A stretch of 64,000 bases of DNA from a virus (Duplodnaviria; Heunggongvirae; Uroviricota; Caudoviricetes), in IMG/VR virus record IMGVR_UViG_3300024303_000011; one strand, given 5' to 3'. The notes under the pieces are model-generated. The model saw only the letters and a program-made list of their open reading frames with translations. It ran no database searches and was not told the origin of the DNA. Positions 23,526-32,647 of the stretch are shown one piece after another. A program made the position numbers and the translations under genes. Every line of letters starts with the position of its first letter. The stretch's first letter is position 1.

Positions 23526-23975
23526 ATGGCAAGATTTTTTGAAGTTGTAAAAGACGAGTATAGAAAGAACAAGGGGGAGATTAAGCTCCCTACGCGAGCA
23601 ACAAAATATTCCTCTGGATATGATTTTTATAGTCCGGTAAATGTAATTATTCCACCAAAAGAAATGGTAATGATTTGGACTGATGTGCGTGCACACATGT
23701 ATTATGACAACGCTCTACTTATTATGCCTAGATCTAGTATGGGAAAACAGCCCGTTATGATTGCTAATACAATTGGAAATATAGATTCTGATTACTGGGA
23801 TAATGAGTCTACTGGTGGCAATATCGGCTTCAGACTTCTAAATCTCGGCGACACTTCTTATGAGATTAAAGAAGGCGATAGAATAGGGCAGGGTATCTTT
23901 ATTAAGTACGGCACTGTTAAAGACGACAACGTAACTGCAACTAGAACCGGAGGTTTTGGCTCTACTAATGGATAA
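23526..23975 (+). CDS. dut: dUTP diphosphatase
   Basis: Motifs PRSS, IDSDYWD, RTGGFGSTNG. Confidence 0.7.
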   Translation: MARFFEVVKDEYRKNKGEIKLPTRATKYSSGYDFYSPVNVIIPPKEMVMIWTDVRAHMYYDNALLIMPRSSMGKQPVMIANTIGNIDSDYWDNESTGGNIGFRLLNLGDTSYEIKEGDRIGQGIFIKYGTVKDDNVTATRTGGFGSTNG

Positions 23976-24549
23976 GCAATCGTACTATCGAACTATAACA
24001 ATTTTGGGATCTATTATTATCCTACAGATTGTTTTTATTGCAGCACTATTAATGAATCCATCGGTTGAAACTCAGATAGTAGAGGTGCCAAAAGAAGTTG
24101 TCGTCGAAAAAGAGATTGTAAAAGAAGTTCCAGTAGAAGCAATCAAAGAAGTCATTGTAGAAGTAGAGCCGACATATGTGTACAATATAACCGCTGAAGA
24201 GCGTGAAATGCTCGCAAGAATAGTACATCAGGAGGCTAATATTGAAAGCCTTGATTGTCAAAAAGCTGTTGCGTCTGTGGTTATTAATAGGTGGCAAAAT
24301 GGTTATTGGGGAGAAACATTGAAAGATGTAATTTATGCGAAAAATCAATTTTCTCCAGCATATCTAATACCAAAGACAACACCTACAAATAAAAATTATG
24401 AAGCCGTAGATTATGTGCTCCAAAATGGATGTACGATGCCTGAGTATGTAATGTATTTTAGGGCATATTATCATTTTAATTGGAATGGCTATGTGCCATA
24501 TATCAAAATAAACAACACATGTTTTGGTTATTTACAAAAAGACAAATAA
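23956..24549 (+). CDS. membrane-anchored cell-wall hydrolase (SleB/Hydrolase_2-like), probable endolysin
   Basis: N-terminal TM; RIVHQEAN...VASVVINRWQNGYWG. Confidence 0.55.
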   Translation: MALLMDKQSYYRTITILGSIIILQIVFIAALLMNPSVETQIVEVPKEVVVEKEIVKEVPVEAIKEVIVEVEPTYVYNITAEEREMLARIVHQEANIESLDCQKAVASVVINRWQNGYWGETLKDVIYAKNQFSPAYLIPKTTPTNKNYEAVDYVLQNGCTMPEYVMYFRAYYHFNWNGYVPYIKINNTCFGYLQKDK

Positions 24550-24557
24550 CAATTTCA

Positions 24558-24590
24558 TAGCGGCGGTAGAAATATCGTCGCTATTTTTTT
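24558..24590 (+). terminator. rho-independent terminator
   Basis: TAGCGGCG-loop-CGTCGCTA followed by TTTTTTT. Confidence 0.65.
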
Positions 24591-24831
24591 ATAGGTGATT
24601 ATATGGAAAAAAGGACAATTTATATACATAAAAACAAAGACGAAGATATACAAAAATATACAAACAATGATTATAGAGTTGTTACATTTATCGGTGGCAA
24701 TAACGATATAGTTGAAATAATAAAAAAATTGATTCAATATAAAATTAATTCATAATTTTTTATTTACATAATTTCATATCCTATGTTATAATACATTCAA
24801 GGTACATATAAATAACATAGGAGGTACATCA

Positions 24832-26772
24832 ATGTTAGAAGAAAGAGTTGCATATGTAAGATTAAGCGACGACGATAATTGCAACTTTGAGTCTATGTCT
24901 ATAGCTAATCAGAGAAAAATTATATTGCAATACGCCAACGAACATGGCTACACAATCACTGAATTTTACGTTGATGACGGCATAAGCGGATACTTGTGGA
25001 GCAGACCAGCATTCAATAGATTAAAACAAGATATTGATGATGGTTTAGTTAAAGGTATCATTGTCAAAGATCTATCAAGATTGGGAAGGCATAATGCAAG
25101 AGTACAATTATTCAACGAAGACCTAATCCAAAAACGCGTTGAACTAATCAGTATAGGAGATAATTACAACAATCTCACAGACGATGACTCGATGCTTGGT
25201 ATTACAACGTGGGCAAATGAAAAACTTGTTAAAGACACTAGTAAAAAGGTTCGCGCTGTAATTCACTCAAAACAAAAAGAAGGCAAGTGGATTAGCAGTA
25301 ATGTTCCTTACGGATACAGAAGAATATACGGCAAAAAACATACATTCGAGATTGATCCTATAACAAGCGTATATGTTAAAAAAATATTTGATCTTTATGT
25401 GAATGGATATGGAAGCATGAATATTGCTAAAATGTTAAACGACGAAAAAATTCCAACTCCAACGCAGGCACTAGAAAGAATTAGAGAAGAAAATGGTTTG
25501 GAGCCAAGCAAAAGGACTGCCGCCACATTATGGTCTGCAACACACGTCAAGAGAATAATTGCTAATGAATTCTACGTTGGAACGTTGATACAAAGAAAAA
25601 TGCAAGTAATAGGAATTCACGGCAAAAACATTAAAAGAGATAAAAGCGAAAATATTATATTCCCAGATCACCATGAAGCACTTATAGACAAAGAGACATT
25701 TTATCTCGCTCAGAAGGTTAAAGCGGAAAGGGCTACCAAACATCATAAGGGTGTAAGAAAGCATGTAAATATATTTACCGGATTGATATTCTGCGGTGAC
25801 TGTGGAAGGCCATTAACACCAAGAAGTGGAGTTAATAAAAGAAGATATTATGTTTGTTCTACCTATAATTCTTATGGCGCAAATTATTGCAATCATAACA
25901 GAGTATATGAAGATGAATTGACGGAATTTGTTAAAGTATATCTGAGACAGTGCAGACATAGTTTGAAGGGAGCAATCGAAAACTTAGATAATATCATTCA
26001 AAAGGAATTAAAACAAGTATGCGACGTTAATGCTATTAATTCAATAGAAGCTCTACAAAAAGAATTATCAAAGACAACAAATGAACTAAAAATCCTCATG
26101 GAGCAAAAGGTCAAAGATATTATAAAAAATCCTGCAATGAAGGATATACTTGAAGAAACTTACCAGCAAGCAATAAATGATAAATCAAGCTATATACAAT
26201 CCTTAAAAACTCAAATTAATGAACAACAAAGCGTTTCTCAATCGAGCAAGGAAGTAAGGAGTGGATTAAACAAGGCACTACTATTATTTGATGAAATCAT
26301 TACGAGTGATGCGCTAACTGTTAAACAATTAAAGTTACTTGTAGAAAGAATTGTTGTGAATTATAATGGCGGCATAGATATTTTTATGAACGGCAATCTA
26401 AATGAAGTTATGAGCGGACACATAGACATAAGCCTTGGATCAATAGACATATATAAGAAAGCAATTATTGATACTATGTTTGAGTTAAAAGAATTTCACT
26501 TCGGAGATTTGCACAAGCGTGTTGCAAGCAAAGGATATAAAGAAGGATATTACAGTGTATTCATGCCAATCGTCAATAAACTTGAAAGCGCTGGCATTAT
26601 AGTACGCACGCCAAGAGCGCGAGATAAGAATTATGTAGTTGGTACTAAAGACGATGCGTATATGTTATTTAATTTATACACTGAAGGGTACATACAGGGA
26701 TATAGATGTATCTTCAATGTAACATTTACGGGACTATTAAAGATTTGCAAATGGGTGAAACGTATAAGATAA
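24832..26772 (+). CDS. large serine recombinase (integrase)
   Basis: Resolvase catalytic N-terminus YVRLSDDD...DLSRLGR, recombinase and Zn-ribbon (CGDCG...C) domains, C-terminal coiled coil; 646 aa. Confidence 0.7.
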   Translation: MLEERVAYVRLSDDDNCNFESMSIANQRKIILQYANEHGYTITEFYVDDGISGYLWSRPAFNRLKQDIDDGLVKGIIVKDLSRLGRHNARVQLFNEDLIQKRVELISIGDNYNNLTDDDSMLGITTWANEKLVKDTSKKVRAVIHSKQKEGKWISSNVPYGYRRIYGKKHTFEIDPITSVYVKKIFDLYVNGYGSMNIAKMLNDEKIPTPTQALERIREENGLEPSKRTAATLWSATHVKRIIANEFYVGTLIQRKMQVIGIHGKNIKRDKSENIIFPDHHEALIDKETFYLAQKVKAERATKHHKGVRKHVNIFTGLIFCGDCGRPLTPRSGVNKRRYYVCSTYNSYGANYCNHNRVYEDELTEFVKVYLRQCRHSLKGAIENLDNIIQKELKQVCDVNAINSIEALQKELSKTTNELKILMEQKVKDIIKNPAMKDILEETYQQAINDKSSYIQSLKTQINEQQSVSQSSKEVRSGLNKALLLFDEIITSDALTVKQLKLLVERIVVNYNGGIDIFMNGNLNEVMSGHIDISLGSIDIYKKAIIDTMFELKEFHFGDLHKRVASKGYKEGYYSVFMPIVNKLESAGIIVRTPRARDKNYVVGTKDDAYMLFNLYTEGYIQGYRCIFNVTFTGLLKICKWVKRIR

Positions 26773-26793
26773 TAAATATAAGGAGATGATATT

Positions 26794-26994
26794 ATGATAA
26801 CCAATCCAAGAAAAATCGCATGCTATTCAAGAGAGAAAGCAAAAATATATCAGCAAATTCTTGACGCTATGGAAAATGACAAATTATATCAAGACGATCC
26901 GATATGGCAAAGAGCAGCTGAAATCGGCAGAGAAAGACATATACAACCGACCGAAGCATTTAAGCTTGCAGAACAAGAATTTCAAAACAAATAA
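26794..26994 (+). CDS. hypothetical small protein
   Basis: AAGGAGA RBS. Confidence 0.3.
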   Translation: MITNPRKIACYSREKAKIYQQILDAMENDKLYQDDPIWQRAAEIGRERHIQPTEAFKLAEQEFQNK

Positions 26995-27183
26995 AAAATA
27001 GGAGCCACCGTTATGGTGACTCCTAAAAATTTGGAAGCAAATATGATAATAAAATTGTATCTATATTATTACCATGTAATTCAAATCTATTCTCCCCTAT
27101 CGCACACAAATAATTCATGCTATCGTTCGTATAAATATTGCCATCATTTTTATCTTATGATAGTATTAAAATAGAGGTGGTTA

Positions 27184-27339
27184 TATGGAAAAAGAACGGA
27201 AAGTAATGACTCTAAGAGTAGATCCTCAGCTTAAATTTGAGATAGAAAAATGTGCAATAGCAGAAGGATACTCGACAGTTAACTCCTGGATCATCGACAT
27301 TATAAAGGGATATATTGAGAATAAAAACGTAAAAAAATA
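27184..27339 (+). CDS. ribbon-helix-helix (CopG-like) small protein, 51 aa
   Basis: MTLRVDPQLKFEIEKCA N-terminal beta-strand pattern; not in ORF track. Confidence 0.3.
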
Positions 27340-27342
27340 AGG

Positions 27343-27370
27343 AGAACAGATCATTGTCTGTACTCCTTAA
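27343..27370. terminator. bidirectional hairpin terminator between convergent genes
   Basis: GGAG-ACAGA...TCTGT-CTCC hairpin with T-rich flank on minus strand. Confidence 0.4.
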
Positions 27371-27375
27371 ATTCT

Positions 27376-27765
27376 TTAACCAATTTTTTTCTGGCTCTTT
27401 ACGGTTGCCTCAATTAGTGTGTCTAGATATACGTCTATGTTACCATATACTTTAGATATGATATCTTTTGCTTCTTCTGTTAATAACTGCATTGCAGTCT
27501 CCTTACTTCTCTTAAATGCCTCCGTTGCGGCCTCTTTTGTAAACTCACCGTTCTTCTTAAGCTCGTCTACATATGTCTGGGTTGTAGCAGCCACAACATC
27601 ACACACCATAGAAACAACCTGTTCTAATACTGCCTTTATGTGCTCATTTTTAACCGAATCTTTATTTCCAGTCCATTTCTCATAAAGAAACTTGCAAAGA
27701 TACGTTGTTAATACGGGAACTGCCGCAGTAAGCAATATGTATAATAAATCTTGAACTAATTCCAT
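27376..27765 (-). CDS. putative holin
   Basis: N-terminal TM helix, charged C-terminus, at start of lysis/tail block. Confidence 0.35.
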   Translation of the reverse strand: MELVQDLLYILLTAAVPVLTTYLCKFLYEKWTGNKDSVKNEHIKAVLEQVVSMVCDVVAATTQTYVDELKKNGEFTKEAATEAFKRSKETAMQLLTEEAKDIISKVYGNIDVYLDTLIEATVKSQKKIG

Positions 27766-27778
27766 AACCTATTTCTCC

Positions 27779-28165
27779 TTATTCGCTCTGTATAATATTT
27801 TGATTTGTTTCGCAAACTTCGTTTTCAATACTAATATCTATTTTAGATAATTCGCTATCTAATTCTGCTTGCACACGATAATCATCTAATAATCCAATGC
27901 TTTTTAATATTAAGTATTTAATCTTTAAGATATATTTTTGTATCTTAATTACATTTTCGTGGCGTGCTTTGTTATAATAAAAGGCAGATGTTGTAGCAAA
28001 TGCAGATCCAGTTACACTAATCAATGTAATTAAAAATGTAAAGTCACACATCTTGTCATATATTACGCCATAAGAATATATAAACATGCTATAAATTAGT
28101 GATGCAGCAAAACAAATGCCAGAAAACCATGCTATCTTTTTTGAAGTCTCTATTTTCTTTTTCAC
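27779..28165 (-). CDS. membrane protein (2 TM)
   Basis: Hydrophobic segments. Confidence 0.3.
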   Translation of the reverse strand: MKKKIETSKKIAWFSGICFAASLIYSMFIYSYGVIYDKMCDFTFLITLISVTGSAFATTSAFYYNKARHENVIKIQKYILKIKYLILKSIGLLDDYRVQAELDSELSKIDISIENEVCETNQNIIQSE

Positions 28166-28187
28166 ACTAATCAGCCTCCATCACGAG

Positions 28188-28682
28188 TTATTTTTCGTCG
28201 TTCTTTTCGTGATAGGACGGAAAATGCTGATTATTATAATAATTGTGGATAAAATTATACTCAGTTTCACCCTCATGATTTTGATGGAGAACATCCGTAT
28301 ACTTTCGGAATATTTCCTTTATGTGTTCAAATTCTTCTGGATGCAATCTAATTCCTCTACGGCATCTATTGCCACAATCAAATAACTCTGCGCGAATCCT
28401 ATCTGCCTCGTTTTCAAGTACATTTTCTTTTATGTGCTTAATTTCTCTTTTAATTTCTTTTATTTCAGATTGTTGCGTTTTATTGTCATCCATTACGGTG
28501 TCTATTTTTTTACTCATCGAATCTATTTTAGTTTCTATTGCTTGCTTCTGTGCCTTCTCGGCAAACTTATTAACAATCCTCTGTCTTAATGGTTTAATAA
28601 TCAGTGTCAAAAATGCAACACAAGTAGACAAGCATCCTACTACAGCCGCAATATTTTTGATAACTTCTAACACTTCGTTCAT
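28188..28682 (-). CDS. membrane-anchored coiled-coil protein
   Basis: N-terminal TM + coiled coil. Confidence 0.3.
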   Translation of the reverse strand: MNEVLEVIKNIAAVVGCLSTCVAFLTLIIKPLRQRIVNKFAEKAQKQAIETKIDSMSKKIDTVMDDNKTQQSEIKEIKREIKHIKENVLENEADRIRAELFDCGNRCRRGIRLHPEEFEHIKEIFRKYTDVLHQNHEGETEYNFIHNYYNNQHFPSYHEKNDEK

Positions 28683-28700
28683 AATAAAATCCCCTTTAAG

Positions 28701-30842
28701 TTATAATGGTGTGTTCATCTCTAGATCATCTACTTTCTGTTTTAGTTCATCGATTATTTTTTGTTGGTCTTGCAGAATTTTAAGCATCGCAGGAACAATG
28801 GCTTTAATATTCCACATTTCTACTTGTCCATCTTCGTTATATTCTGCCGCAGCAGGATATTCTTTTTCTACTTCTTCTGCGATTAAACCAATATATAAAT
28901 CATCGACACACTTATTAACAGGGACATTATCCTTGTTATACTTAAATTGTCTAACTGGAATACTAAGGATATTATATGGGTTTAACGTATCGTCTTTAAC
29001 GTTCTCTATATCTGTTTTGTATCTTTGCGACGATGACGTGCCTCTGCCAAAAGTGCCTAGGCTTGTAATATATACGTTCGGAGATGCGTCATATGTACGG
29101 TTATATGTAGGCACGGATCGTATGTATTCACTTTGATCGTCCTTATCCGTCTCAAATGTTAACGTATTACCTACGTAGAAATCTGTTGTACCTCGTACTT
29201 TTACTTTCGTAGGACGAAGATCTAATACGGTAGGATAGTCGTCGCTTCCAACCCATCCAAGACCTGTTGTTAAACCGTCATTACTCCGAACCAAGATATC
29301 ATGTGTACTTCCATCTTTCCAATAACAGTTAATATTAAAATTACGTGCATCATAAGGATTATTGCAAGTAATTTTGTTTGTGACAAATAAGCTATCGTTA
29401 AAATATGCATCCCAGTTACATTCAAATTTTGGTAAATTATTTTCGTCTGTCGGACGCTCTACAGTGCTTAGACCGCCAATAGCGACACCATTGCCATGTT
29501 TCGCGATATTGATTGTTCTCTCAGAAACTTGCAATGTGGTAGTTTTATTATGCTTACCACCCATCGAGTCTGTTATAGTCGCTCGAATTGTATAACTCTG
29601 ATTATTTTCAAAATCACCACCGTACACACCAGTATATGTATCCTCAGTGTTGTTTGCATCAATAACGGTCTTGGCTACAGTATAGTTGTCTTTACTATTA
29701 AAAAGCTTTAATGTAACCTTATTATGTCCATCTATACTAACATAGCTTATTTTTACAGTCACCTTTGCACAAGTGCCATTTGTGTCTAATTTACCATCAG
29801 CCAAGCATCTTTGTGCCGAAATTAATTTTACTTGCGGAGTGGCATATGTATGTACTTTAATTGATGTAGAGAATGGTTCTGATTCCCTTCCTCTTGAATC
29901 TTTGACAACAACCTGGTATGTGATCGTTCCAGATTTGTTAATTACACTACTAGTCTTTGTATTACTATTACCAGTGAATTCAGATGATGTTCCTGAAATA
30001 TTTGCACCTTTAAAAGTATACGAACTTATCACCGCGCTTGCTCCATCTCCGGCTTTAGCGGTAGCTACTAATTTCACTTGCGATTTGCCCTGTATGTATT
30101 GTCCATCTAGTCCAGTACCATAAAGAGATGGTGTTAAGGCAGTAACTGACGGCCTGATATTTGATGGCACCACGACATTTATAGTACGTTCTTTTTCGGC
30201 AATGTATGCCTCAGACGAAGTATACGTTAAAACCCGCACGGTCATTACTTTAAGAGTATGGTTAGGTAGCCATCCATGCGGTATAGGGTGTGAAAATGAA
30301 GTTGTTCCAGCGGCAATAAAGCTACTTGTATACTTTGCAGCTCCATCAATAAGAAGCTGAACTCTGTGTTTAAAACTACTATTAGCAGGTGAGATACTCA
30401 CGTTTAAGTTGGAACCAGTATTAACAGAGCTTGGAATAGTAAAACTGGATGCACGAGGAATTGTATCCAAACCTACTGTTTTTGAGGCTGTAATGTTTGA
30501 TAAATACTTTCCAGACACAGTTCCGTTAAATTCAAGATTTGCTGTAATTACTATAGATTTACTGCCATCGGTATTATGTGACACGGTCGTCGAATGTGTT
30601 GTCAACAAAGTATCAGTTAAAGAACTTGAAGTTTTATTTAACGACGTTCCAGCAAAACTCTTTTTATTACCGTTAATAGTAATATAAGAATTTGTCAACG
30701 CCTTACCACTAATGGTATAACTACGCATATACACCTTAGCTGTAACCACAGATGTATTCGAGCTAACATCAGTAGTGGATGACCATGTAACATATAAATT
30801 AAGATTGGTACCTGTACTTGAAATAAAATTTCCAGAAGCCAT
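28701..30842 (-). CDS. tail fibre protein with C-terminal intramolecular chaperone (peptidase S74) domain
   Basis: C-terminus ...YIGLIAEEVEKEYP...coiled coil resembles endosialidase chaperone; FN3-like repeats. Confidence 0.55.
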   Translation of the reverse strand: MASGNFISSTGTNLNLYVTWSSTTDVSSNTSVVTAKVYMRSYTISGKALTNSYITINGNKKSFAGTSLNKTSSSLTDTLLTTHSTTVSHNTDGSKSIVITANLEFNGTVSGKYLSNITASKTVGLDTIPRASSFTIPSSVNTGSNLNVSISPANSSFKHRVQLLIDGAAKYTSSFIAAGTTSFSHPIPHGWLPNHTLKVMTVRVLTYTSSEAYIAEKERTINVVVPSNIRPSVTALTPSLYGTGLDGQYIQGKSQVKLVATAKAGDGASAVISSYTFKGANISGTSSEFTGNSNTKTSSVINKSGTITYQVVVKDSRGRESEPFSTSIKVHTYATPQVKLISAQRCLADGKLDTNGTCAKVTVKISYVSIDGHNKVTLKLFNSKDNYTVAKTVIDANNTEDTYTGVYGGDFENNQSYTIRATITDSMGGKHNKTTTLQVSERTINIAKHGNGVAIGGLSTVERPTDENNLPKFECNWDAYFNDSLFVTNKITCNNPYDARNFNINCYWKDGSTHDILVRSNDGLTTGLGWVGSDDYPTVLDLRPTKVKVRGTTDFYVGNTLTFETDKDDQSEYIRSVPTYNRTYDASPNVYITSLGTFGRGTSSSQRYKTDIENVKDDTLNPYNILSIPVRQFKYNKDNVPVNKCVDDLYIGLIAEEVEKEYPAAAEYNEDGQVEMWNIKAIVPAMLKILQDQQKIIDELKQKVDDLEMNTPL

Positions 30843-30856
30843 CGTATCTCACCTCC

Positions 30857-32629
30857 TTACGCAAATACTGAGAAGCTAAAGCTTCCATTGTCTTCTTTCA
30901 CAAGACGTAATGAATCTAGACTAATAGAACCATCAACATGAAGATTATTTTCCACTTCAACACTTGGAGCAGTTAATTTGTTATTTGCAAGAGTCAGCAG
31001 CTTGTCTGAATTTTGATAGAATGCCAATTCCTCAGACGTGAATAAGCTTGTAAACGGACTAAAAACACCATTTGCATCTTTTGCCCCAATGCGCAATCCA
31101 TCTGCATTGATCGTCACGTATTGCGCTAAATTATCCAACTGCAACTTTACGTCTTCGATATCTTTATCGTATTTTAGTGTAGGACTCCAGTCGCTTGCGT
31201 TGTATACAGTATTATCAGCCTGTGCTTGTAGCAATGTTCCTTGTAAGTAAGATCCATGGTCATCATCAGACGAAGTAATCCATAAATCTCCGACATTATA
31301 TTTAGATGGTCTACTGGTGTATACTTGACTGTTTGTGCCATCATCAGGCATAACCCATGTTTGTACAATACCATCCCAAACAAACATTAAAAAACTTCCA
31401 TCGTCGTTCTTTTTTATCCAAATTTGTCCATGCTTAGCGCTTTGAGGTTCGCTATCAGAGACAATAGGATCGGATGTGTCTGTAAGGCTTAATGTGGATT
31501 TAGTTAATATACCATCCTCACTCATAACTTCACACAACAATGTCACTGTAGAAGTAAAATCATGCGCAGATATCATTTGCACTTTATTTACATCGCCAAT
31601 TGCTATATTCGTGCTGCCATTTTCTATAGCACTCCAGCAATAATCTAATTGTTGTGTATCATTGGTATCAATCCATGCAGTACCATCAAACTGTTTTAAC
31701 TTGATAGTCAAATTTGTTTCATCTATAGCATACCAATAATCATTTACTAATGGCGATTCTGGCTCACTAGTGGATATTGGTCCATATAACGGGTCTATTT
31801 CTCCATATTGGTTGTACACCAGCGTATACATTATCCAATAATAGCGACCAGTTGCTGTATTCATGTTATTTGATATACATATAACAGAATTGTATGTGTC
31901 TCCCTTATCTTCAACTAAAATGGTATCTGTATAGGTGTTTCCTTTATACAGCATGTCACATTTAAAGTTTTTGAATTGGTTAACAAAGCTTCTTGTAACA
32001 ACATACGATGATGCGGTACCATCTTGGATAAGCTCCCAATTTGTGTCGTTTTGGGCATACCACCGATAAGTCGCCTCTCCAAGTCCAATTTGTGTACTAC
32101 CAACATATGCACTTGTATTTAATTCCAATGATTCTATTGTATTTGATAATATATATCCATTTGGTGCATATAATTTGAAAGTAACACTAGCATTATCTGA
32201 TGTAGCAGTTGCTCCAGATGAAATTAAAGAATATGAAATTTTTTCCGTTGTTGTTTTGCCATCTGTTGTAACGGTACAAATATATGTAATAATACCGCTT
32301 GAAGACTCAGACAAAGTATTTGTTGATACGGTCAGTATTCCATTAGCAACAGTCTCGCTTGCAATTCGACTAACAGGTGGCGACGCACCATCCTGCCTCT
32401 GCCATGTAATTGAATCAACAACAGATGATGTTATATCTTTTGAATTTAAAAATACTGTAGGTTTTAATACCAAGTTTGTATCTTCCCAAGACGGCGAATA
32501 TGTAATTGGGCTTTGTGTGTTGTCTTTTATTTGCACTGTTGGCAAATTTGATGCTATTGTTATTTCTAATTGTGTTGCATCTGTTAAATCTATAAATGTT
32601 TGTTGGTTTGACGTAAGTCCAATTTTCAT
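30857..32629 (-). CDS. tail fibre / receptor-binding protein
   Basis: Position and Ser/Thr-rich beta composition. Confidence 0.4.
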   Translation of the reverse strand: MKIGLTSNQQTFIDLTDATQLEITIASNLPTVQIKDNTQSPITYSPSWEDTNLVLKPTVFLNSKDITSSVVDSITWQRQDGASPPVSRIASETVANGILTVSTNTLSESSSGIITYICTVTTDGKTTTEKISYSLISSGATATSDNASVTFKLYAPNGYILSNTIESLELNTSAYVGSTQIGLGEATYRWYAQNDTNWELIQDGTASSYVVTRSFVNQFKNFKCDMLYKGNTYTDTILVEDKGDTYNSVICISNNMNTATGRYYWIMYTLVYNQYGEIDPLYGPISTSEPESPLVNDYWYAIDETNLTIKLKQFDGTAWIDTNDTQQLDYCWSAIENGSTNIAIGDVNKVQMISAHDFTSTVTLLCEVMSEDGILTKSTLSLTDTSDPIVSDSEPQSAKHGQIWIKKNDDGSFLMFVWDGIVQTWVMPDDGTNSQVYTSRPSKYNVGDLWITSSDDDHGSYLQGTLLQAQADNTVYNASDWSPTLKYDKDIEDVKLQLDNLAQYVTINADGLRIGAKDANGVFSPFTSLFTSEELAFYQNSDKLLTLANNKLTAPSVEVENNLHVDGSISLDSLRLVKEDNGSFSFSVFA

Positions 32630-32647
32630 ATAAACTACTCTCCGTTC

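Noticed and set aside
28321-30687. Plus-strand ORFs (28321..29136, 29773..30123, 30409..30687 and others) opposite tail genes
   Set aside because: Antisense to long structural genes with coherent domain content; low-complexity translations.
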